A stretch of DNA of 64,000 nt. Origin: Octopus vulgaris. Lineage: Eukaryota. The notes beneath the pieces are model-generated. The model made no database searches and was not told the origin of the DNA. It saw nothing but the letters and a program-made list of their open reading frames with translations. Below are positions 54,851 through 64,000 of the stretch, piece by piece (the first letter of the stretch is position 1; each line of letters opens with the position of its first letter). The translations under genes and the position numbers were made by a program. Location of the stretch: NCBI GenBank assembly GCA_951406725.2, contig OX597816.1, positions 121,396,001-121,460,000 of the forward strand. The letters are read 5' to 3'.

Positions 54851-57800
54851 GCAGGTATAGAATGATAATAGTAAACCATTTTTCTTTAACCACTACCTCG
54901 CTATTGTTTTTATTAAAAGTCTATATTTTTAAAAGTTACCATAACACAACTTTTTTGAAAATCTGGCAAAAATTCAACTTGGACATTATACTTACTGTAC
55001 TTACTGTTGTTATTCCATATATTTATTCGTTTTAATCATATTAATGGTTTTAGTGATTTTGAGAGTAGAATCTGCAGTAGCAAACAGTTTATGACAAAAT
55101 TTTTGTGTCTTGAAATCGTAATTACTAAGTTAAATCCATAAGTGCTCAATATTCTTTCTTTTTTTCATTATTCAAGGACATTTAAATATAGTTGTAGATT
55201 ATTACATCATCTTTGAGACTTGTTTTTGTATTTTAATTATTTCATTTATATTTTAATATACTTAAAAGAAAATTTTATTATGGATCTTTAAGTGTGTATT
55301 GTTCTTTTAGTTGGTGGTGATGGAAGATAAAACTCTAACATTAATTTTTCAATGTTGTCTTTTGATATATCTCTATATTTTCTTTGATTTCAAACATTAC
55401 CGAGAATAGATATATTTTACTCTTATATAAAAAAAAAATACCCTTATCAACATATCTTTAAAAAAAAAATCAAAATTCAAAGGACGTATTATTATAGTGC
55501 TTTTGATACTAGAAATTGTTAAATTCTATTAAGATGAGTGCAGAGATTCCCCCACTCACTATCTCTTCCCTATTTTCTGCTTTTTCTGATGGAGCATCAT
55601 ATCTTTTTTTTTCTCAACTAATTAGTAAAATCAATACATCTTTTTTTCTTTATTTTTCCTTCACACTCATTTTCTTTTTAAGCAATTTTAGAATATTCCA
55701 CACTTGTTTTTTGATTTAAGGTTGCTTTTTCTTATATTTTTACTTTTTTTTTTTCTTTTTGTTTGTTTTTCCCTATCTTTCAGTTAAGATTTTGCTAAAA
55801 AGAAAAAAAAAATATCTGTGTAGTGTGGAATGCCAACTTTTAGCTGTCATGCAAGCTGTCCTGTCATTATTCTCTGACAACAATAATGAAAGCTAGCACA
55901 TCCAATAAACACAAGAGCCAAATTCAATGACCTGCACTTATATTTCATTGCTGTCCTATCTCAGACATGATGGCTACATAACCTAGCTCAACAGAAACCA
56001 TGTAACTTCTTTGTATGCTACAGTCTCTTGTTATCTCAGCAGCTTAAAGGTTTTAGATATGTTGCTAGAAATTGGATAATGCCTGACTAAATAATTACTC
56101 AACAGCGACATTACTTGTCTATCTGTATACTTCTGTGAAATAGTTTTATAATAACTCACTACACATTGTTATCAAATATTGTAAACAACCAATGTTAAAC
56201 ACACTTGTTCCTATCATTTCCTACCTAAATGTGATTGATTTGAGGCAAAAATAACACTTCATATGACTTAGCACAGTAAAGCTACTGTGGCAGCCCATAA
56301 AGTTTTTGTTTAGAATTGGACAAAATAAATCTTATAAACAATGGGAAGCTATTTCATATTAATATATACATTTGAAACAGCCTTACATTCAAATACCAGT
56401 GTGTATAATATATATGATGTCTATACAAAACTGAAATAACACTATCTGTAATATTTTGTTCCAGAAAAAATTTCTCAAACAGACTTGCATGTTAAAAACT
56501 TTCCAGTGGATCATAGATACAATGTTTCAACCTGGTTTGGTGTCTGCTGTGATGAATTCCAGTTAATGTAAGCCAAGCAGAAATGCCTGTCTGACTTATA
56601 GAAATCAGTTGTCAAAAATTCACTGATTTATGTGAAAGCCAGAGTTAAATTAATATATAAATTTGAAACAGCTGTAGGTTACAATACCTGTGTGTTTAAC
56701 ATGAATGTACTTGAATATGGAATAGCACTAGCTGTGATATTTTGTCTCAGAAAAGATTTCTGAAAGAAACTTGAGCATGATGAATCTGTTCTTAAACCAC
56801 ACAGGTTGAAACTACTTTTTATCTTTGAAATGTTTTACATTCTTCAACAATTATTTGATTGGAAAATTTGTAAATTATTGTCTTATTTTCTTATATTCTA
56901 GTTTGTTATGTGGATCAAGTAATGCCATATTTTAAGATTCTCTACCTTGAACTCTTTCCATTGAATAGCATCAATTGTGGCCTTTAGGAATGAAAAGTTT
57001 GTCTCAGTAATGACTAGTAAAGAAATGCAGAAACATGAATGGATCAACCAGTGTCATACACATGAGCTAGCTATCGTTAGCTTCATTGTTACTAGCTGTT
57101 CCAATGATAACATATTTCTGATAACTCAGATATTTACTCAGATTGTTTCAATTCGTGTTTTATAACAACATGCCTCTTTCTACTGCTTTATTAGAAGTCA
57201 TCCATATCTTCAATTAGCCTAACTGGAGTAGGTACTATATTTAGTCTTGCCTAGTAGCATGATGCAACAAGTAAATAGCAAAGTTTCAATTAATGGCCAT
57301 TTTTTGATTTTGATACAAGCAGTTTCAAATTAATATCATAATGATTAAAAGGAATCGATGAACTTGCATCATTATGTTTTAGAGTAGTCTAGTGTTTTCC
57401 TAGCTAAAGAGGAACCACTTAGAAATAGGCAATCAAATACTCAAATACACAGTAATAATAATTCACACATAAAATATATTTTGCCTAAGAAATTCACTGT
57501 GACTACATTGTTTCATTAACATTTATCTAGGCTAATTTAGGATGGCTTTGAGGCTTCTCTACTGAATTATAAACTTTTGTTACTTTTGCTTTTTAGGAAG
57601 GGTATTCAGCTGTAAAATTTCTGCTCATTTAAAAGGGATAAATATGAGTGAGCAGCCTTTATTTTATTATATGGAAATACATTTACATCGTTGTTAACTC
57701 ACATAGAATTACAGTACCATAACATGTTGCTAACCTTTATATATATTATGTAGAACAATGTCTTTTTATATTATAACCTAAAAAATTACTTGGCAGTCAA

Positions 57801-58380
57801 TAGGTACAATAAGTACTTTGGGCTTTTATTTTTCTAAAGAATAATGCAGTTTAAGGTTTGAATATTAGAGAACTGCACAGAAGCAGATTGTATATTAAGC
57901 TTAGTTGTTATTCCATGTTAATCATATGTATTAACCCTTCTTGGTATATATTTATCTGTGGAAACAATTAAACTGTCTTGAAAATCTGAGGCGATCTTAA
58001 GAATTAATGATAATTTGGATTAATAAGTTCCTGTATTAAATGGCTCAGACTGCTATAAATAACCTCCTGCCATTGCTTCATAAGTCCACATTGGTTTATT
58101 CTTTTTACTTAGCACATTTTCTTTTCTCAGGTTTGTTTTTATCCACTTTTCAAAAGCTGACATATTTTAAATACATTAATATATTTTCTGGACTAATTTT
58201 ACAAGTTTATACAAATGATGCACTAGTGACATTGACTGACATACTCAATATAATATTGCTTTCTTCAGGGCTATTTGAACAAAGCATACCACTACTTTGT
58301 TTTTTCTCTTTCAAATTGTCCTATTTAAAAAGCCATACCAATTAATATTCTTAATATAAAAATTTCCAGCCATTATAATG

Positions 58381-59556
58381 TACAAAGGTGAACTGAAAAG
58401 TTCATTGGCTGATCAAGACACTCTCATGGAATTTGACCAAATGAGGTGTCTTTTCAACATAGTGCTCCTCGTGGTCCACACACTTCTTCCATTGGTGAAG
58501 AAGCTTTCATCTTGTTGGTAAAAAAAACCCATCAACAGCAGTGATGACATCATCATCACTGTGTTTTTTATGTTGAAGAACAGATGATAGTCAGATGGGG
58601 TCAAATCAAGAAAATAGGTAGGGTGATGAACCAGTTCAAAGCAGCCATTGAAACTAAGGATTTGTGTGCTGGAGCATGAAGTGATGAAACAAGACACCTT
58701 TCATAAGTGCCTCAGAAAGTTGGCATATTGTTGGTTTTGTCTTTTTGAAAATAGTCAATAAACACGATGCTTTTGTATCCCAAAAAACTGAGGCTATCAC
58801 CTTCCCTGCAGATTAAATGACCATGACCTTCTTTGGAACAGGTTAGGAAGGATGTTTTTGCTGCATGGATTGTCTCTATGTCTCTGGCTCAAAATTGCTG
58901 AAGTCAACACTCATCCTGGCTTAGGAAACATTCAAGGAAACCAGATGGATCTGCCCCAAACAATTTTCTCATGATGTAATCATCCTGGTGTTTCTTTGAT
59001 CAGGTGTCAAAAGATGTAGCACCCACTGAACAAGAAACCTTTATCATTGTGCAGAATATTTTCAACTGTCTCATGGGATATGTTAGTAGCATTAGCTATT
59101 TGATTTATAATCAGTCACCTCACATCCAGTACCATGTAGTGAACAGTCAATGTTTTCCTAGGTGATGGCTGTTGTAGGATGTCCAGATGTTGAGTCATCT
59201 TGAAGACTCTCCCATTCCTCTCCTAAATTCAGCTGGCCACGTTTGCACTGGTGATAAAGCTGGAGCATCATCCCCTAATGTAGAACCATATCAGCATGAA
59301 TGTCTTGGGGAGGGGGGGCTAAACCCTTTTCCTGCAAGTATTGTTAACACCATGATAGCAAATTATGTCGATATTCAAGAGAAATCACTACTAGTTACTT
59401 TTTAAGTCTTCTTTGAACAGTGAGATATCAGTTTACCTAGAAAAAAAAACAATGCAATTATTAATAAATAAAGCTGAAATTAATGCATGTTGGATTTCAC
59501 ACCTCTAGCATCACTCCTTCATAGTCAGCTTATGAACTTTTCAGCCCACCCTCATA
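58381..59556 (-). mobile_element. Near-full-length decayed mariner DNA transposon
   Basis: TIRs TAcaaaggtgaactgaaaagttcattggctga and tcagcttatgaacttttcagcccaccctcaTA. The minus-strand peptide FELVHHPTYFLDLTPSDYHLF matches the mariner HPPYSPDLAPSDYHLF motif. Confidence 0.9.
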
Positions 59557-59940
59557 TGAGTTTAGAATCATTTTGCCAATCCCATTGACGAAAGTCAAAA
59601 AGCTTCTTGTTTTTATTGAATAAAAACAAAGAGCATTTATGAACTTCTGTACACAATTGTTAGCTGTATATAGTTTATAAATAAGATTAAGGTTCTTGTT
59701 TGAATATTTTTTATTCATATAGGAAAACTATTTAGAATTGATATGTATTAAATTTCCTCCTATATGAAAAGCTGGAAAAAAAGTTCACTGGTTATTTGCC
59801 ACAGCAATCATTTTAATGTTCTGAGGAATAATGTTTCTTTCCATGAACGATGATATATACATGAGTATTTTTATCCCTCTCTATTTTGATGATGATAATG
59901 ATGATTTTTACACACACATATCTGTGTGTGTGTGTGTGTG

Positions 59941-59975
<35 letters not shown>

Positions 59976-60049
59976 AGAGAGAGAGAGAGAGAGAGAGAGC
60001 AGAAGAGGAAGTACACGACTTAGTGGTTGGGGTGTTGAAATAATTGTTG

Positions 60050-60620
60050 CCTTGGTCTTTTACAGTCTCCTCAGCTCTCTGCCTAGATCCTAGTATTCCT
60101 CAAGTTTTTCCATTTCTTTGGTATTGACTCTGATATCATAGGTAATTGCAAAATCTATGATCTTACAGTGTTTGTTTATTTTTGTCCTCTGTAAACATGT
60201 CTGGTCTTCTTGCCTCAATAGTATGGTCAGTCCTTATGGCAGGGTCCTAAAGAGGTCTTGTAATTCTCATTTTCTATCACAGCCTCTGGTTCATGCTCAT
60301 ACCATTTTTCTGTTGTTTTGAAGCAACTTTTATTCAACTAATGCCCCAATACATTCTTTTGCCTACAGTCTTGTCTGCTCTTGTATTCCTTTTGTGCTGG
60401 TATACAGCATTCATTCAAAATGTGATTGATACTCTTATCTTTCCTATAGACTCGACATTTGCTGTCTGACAGAGTTTTGTTGATCTTTGCCTTTACTAGA
60501 TTTGTTCCAAGGGCTTGTTCCTGAGTAGCAGCTATAATTAATGTTTCTCTATCTTGTCTCAAGTTCCTGTCCATCAGCTAAAGCCAGCAGGCTTCATTTC
60601 CAACGCTTTTCAACTATTAG
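60050..60620 (-). mobile_element. Decayed restriction-like-endonuclease LINE (R4/Dong-like) C-terminus
   Basis: ETLIIAATQEQALGTN..KAKINKT..DSKCR...INHILNEC..AQKEYK (zinc knuckle), then KWYEHEPEAVIENE, IRTDHTIEARRPD and IIDFAI (PD-D nuclease). Confidence 0.85.
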
Positions 60621-60661
60621 ATTAATTTGCCATGCTGTTCCATTTCTTTCCATTTGTTCAT

Positions 60662-60672
60662 TACTACTACTG

Positions 60673-60721
<49 letters not shown>
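60662..60721. repeat. (ACT)n microsatellite
   Basis: Seen directly. It explains the poly-Leu and poly-Val ORFs. Confidence 0.95.
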
Positions 60722-60723
<2 letters not shown>

Positions 60724-60729
60724 TTAAGC

Positions 60730-60870
60730 TATGAGCTTGCAGAATCATCATTTCAGACAAAATGCTTAACAGCATTTCTTCTGGTTGTTTCCATTCTGAC
60801 TTCAAATGTTGCAGACGTTGACTTTGCTTTCCATCCTTTCAGGGTGTTTAAAATTAAGTACTAGTTATTC
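60730..60870 (+). mobile_element. SINE family A copy
   Basis: gagcttgcagaatca...gttgactttgctttccatcctttcagggt...aagtactagtt. Confidence 0.8.
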
Positions 60871-61044
60871 TAGTCTCCCCTCCTTGTGCCCCATCATTAT
60901 TACCTAAAGGAAAGACCACCATCTTAATGCTAATACTGCTTGACACCTATGGCTGTTGAAGGCATTGCTACTAGAGTACATTAATTGGAACAGATAGTGC
61001 AAGATATTTTGACTGACACCCTAACAGTTCCCACTAATCCACCA

Positions 61045-61180
61045 TCTTGGACTGGTACATTTTATTTTCTCCAGAGGGATGGAAAGTAAAATTGACCTTG
61101 GCAGGATTTGAACTCGGGCCTCGGAGAGTTAGAAGAAATATAGGGCATTCTATCCAACAATGTCAATTCACTACCTTACA
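61045..61180 (-). mobile_element. SINE family A copy
   Basis: gactggtac...ggatggaaagtaaaattgaccttggcaggatttgaactc. Confidence 0.75.
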
Positions 61181-61661
61181 ACAGGGCTGCACTACTACAA
61201 AACATATAATCATTGGTTCAGTTTGAATACATTTTGAAGATTAATGGTTTCATGTATTTATTTTTCTTCTCTTTATCTATTAATCAATATTAATGAGAGT
61301 AAACTTTAATGTTAATTTAAACCTGATTACTGTCCCAGTTCTCAGGACAGTAATTATCAATTAAACCAAGTTTAAAAAAAACAAAAAAAGGAAAGGTTCA
61401 CAGTTGACAAAAATCTTTCTACTTGTTTAAACAGCACAATATTTTTGCTTTGTGTTCAAGATAGTGGGGGTAGGAGGTTAAGAAGGAAAGTGTTGGCCAG
61501 ACATTATTAAGCTGCTACCCCACCCGTATATCATTTCTGTTTCTGTTATTCAGAGGATTGTTGCAGTTGGCTTTAAAAAGGAGGGCTTCACCATATTACT
61601 GCTGCTTGGTTTGAAAGCGAATCATTGTAGAAAATAAATGAAAATGCAAAACTCTCCCCCC

Positions 61662-61716
<55 letters not shown>

Positions 61717-62618
61717 GAAAAAAAAATCTTTCAACTCTGTCAGGGTTCTTTTTAACCTAGGATCCTACTTTGTCATACATTCCAATGGCCTCTCCCCTCA
61801 TTGACTTATTAAAGAACAAAAACAAAAAGCTGAAAAATATACATTAGATTATCTATCATTCAACATATTCTACATAAAAGGTATTTTTCCAAAGCTGCTA
61901 TCGTCATCATCATCATCATTATCATCCTACCATCACCACCACCATTATCATCATCATCATCATCATCATGTTCATCATTGCTGTAGGCACAGAAAACTTC
62001 CAAAACTGTTTGGTTTCTAATAGAACATTTTTGTTTTTTATATGTATTATTGCAATTATCTTCATCTTTATTTTTTTTTTTCATCTGATAAATAAATCTG
62101 GTTGGTAGATTTCTCAAGTTTTCATTCTCTGACAAATTCTCTCTCTCTCTCTCTTTCTCTCTCTCTCCTTTCTTCTCTTCTCTGTTTGCAGGAGGAACTT
62201 TGTAATCTTAGATGTAGCCTGTGTATAAACATTCACCTACTCATCTGTAGCCTTTCAAATGAGAGAGGATTGTTGCTGTTGCCAGTAGTCTTATTATTTC
62301 CCTGACAGGCAGTCCTGAATTGCTTTCTGTTAGTTACCTAAACTTGCTGAATTAGATCTGATTGTCTGTCCTAGTTTTCATGTGTTGTAGTAGTTAGTCC
62401 AAGGAATAATAATAATAAGAGATTTTGAGAGAGAAAGAGAGTAGGAATTTAGGCAAGAAGCATCCAAACTTTTCAGCTACAACAAGAAGGAAAATAACCT
62501 TGGCATGGTGTTATGACTAAAAATAATTATGTTTACATAATTGCAATTTGTTTCTTTAAATATATTTCATAGATAATTACCAACAATTAATCAAAATATA
62601 CATAATGAAATTGATTAG

Positions 62619-62668
<50 letters not shown>

Positions 62669-63124
62669 CAAGCAAAATATTAACAAACCAAAACCTTGAC
62701 AAAACCTTAAATAAACAGTTAAATACTTGAATGGAGAGAGAGAGAGTTAGCTGGTTAGCTGACTTGACACAAAGAAGTATGTATATTTAATGTGTAACTA
62801 TAAATACTAAATAAAGGTTAACAAAGAATAAGAATGCTTTTCTATATGTAACTTTAAAAAGTTGAACCTTGATTATTATAAATTAAAAAAAAAACTGATT
62901 CCAACCAAACTGGTAAAAGTTTGTATCTACTGCAAAATTATAGAGTCAAACATATGAGTTTGCATGCCAAAGGTGAAAAGAGGATGTAGACATTTCAGCA
63001 AGACTAACCTTCTGTCTCAGAGAGAAAAATATTTTTACTGACCACCACTAGCTTTCTCAGTCACTGTGTGGATTTTTTATTTACATTTTACTCTTGATTT
63101 ATTGTTGTTATTATTGATGTCAGG

Positions 63125-63315
63125 AGTGGAGGGTGGATTGGCAGAATAGATGTCTTGTGGTATTTGTTCCAGTTCTTTTTTTATGTTCTGATGTCAACTT
63201 TGCCTTTCATCCTTTTGAAGGACAATAAAATAAAATACCAATCAAGCACTATGGTCCAATCCCCTTCCCTCTAAATTACTGGACTTGTACCTAATTCTAC
63301 CTAATTCAAAAACCA
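63125..63315 (+). mobile_element. SINE family A copy with deletions
   Basis: tggcagaat...tcaactttgcctttcatcctttt...taccaatcaagcact, followed by (ATT)n. Confidence 0.7.
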
Positions 63316-63783
63316 TTATTATTATTATTATTACTATTATTATTATTATGTGAATTACTGCTCTTAAAATTCTGAAAAAAACTTTTTCTCAGACAATAAT
63401 TCAATTCCAAAATTCTATCCTCTTCTTTTCACATCATAAGAACTTATCCAAATATACAAACTTCACTGCATAATTTAATGTCTCCTGTGTTAAAACCAGG
63501 TTTTCCCTCCTTTGTGACAACTCTTTTGTATTGATAAATCATTGTGGTCATACAGAAGAAAAGATTCAATCAAATTAACAAATTATATCTATTTATCTAT
63601 ATGCACACACACACACACATACATGTACACGTACACACATGCACACACTTAATAAAGAAATCAATATACTATGTTCTTAATATTAAAAAAAAGCTATTTA
63701 GAAATCTTTTATAAATGTTCCTCCAATGTGCTTGTATAGATTTCTTTTCTAATTTAAAAGCTGCTAAACAATGTATCTGTGAT

Positions 63784-64000
63784 TTAACCCTTTAGCATTC
63801 AATTTTCTCTGTTAAATGTAATACTTATTTATCCACATTGATGTGAATTAGTCATGTATTACCTAGTAGCTTTGAGATTTCAATGATGTGATTGTTTATT
63901 TTTAACATAACATTTTAGGGGAAATGCAAGTAGCTGGATCTGGCCAGTATGAAGATAATATAGGCAGATTATTTTGTCCGGGTATGGCCAGTTTAAATGC
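63784..64000. mobile_element. TTAA MITE of the same family as 12577-12805, cut by the window end
   Basis: ttaaccctttagcattca...tagctttgagattt...tggatctggcc...tatggccagtttaaatgc is colinear with the first copy. Confidence 0.8.

Noticed and set aside
61778-61784. TEAD/Scalloped-like CATTCCA sites (also near 15528, 38901 and 55825) as autoregulation
   Set aside because: These are isolated 7-mers at a frequency compatible with chance, and they are not clustered.

Overview
AT-rich, microsatellite- and SINE-dense animal genomic DNA. The repeat families resemble octopus/cephalopod ones (inference from recognition, not from a search). The only convincing host coding sequence is bases 1-73 on the + strand: the 3' end of an exon encoding the first half of a YAP/Yorkie-type WW domain (TDEQPLPPGWEMAKTNQGHRYYL-N), ending at a GTAAGT donor. 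I could not find the exon that completes the WW domain, so the remaining ~63.9 kb is probably one giant intron. It holds many SINE copies (at least three families), decayed L1/Tx1-, RTE- and R4/Dong-type LINEs, a near-full-length mariner fossil, TTAA-flanked MITEs and simple repeats. Most supplied ORFs are low-complexity or transposon-derived. The most interesting signals are CpG-retained versus CpG-depleted domains with an internal island at ~30.5-34 kb, a repeat-structured + frame at 29.1-29.6 kb broken only by two UAGs, a near-perfect pre-miRNA-sized hairpin at 19.7 kb, close inverted SINE pairs (candidate ADAR substrates) and degenerate hammerhead-like cores. No new biological system is established; these are leads. 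Repeat boundaries are approximate unless target-site duplications (TSDs) or terminal inverted repeats (TIRs) are given.
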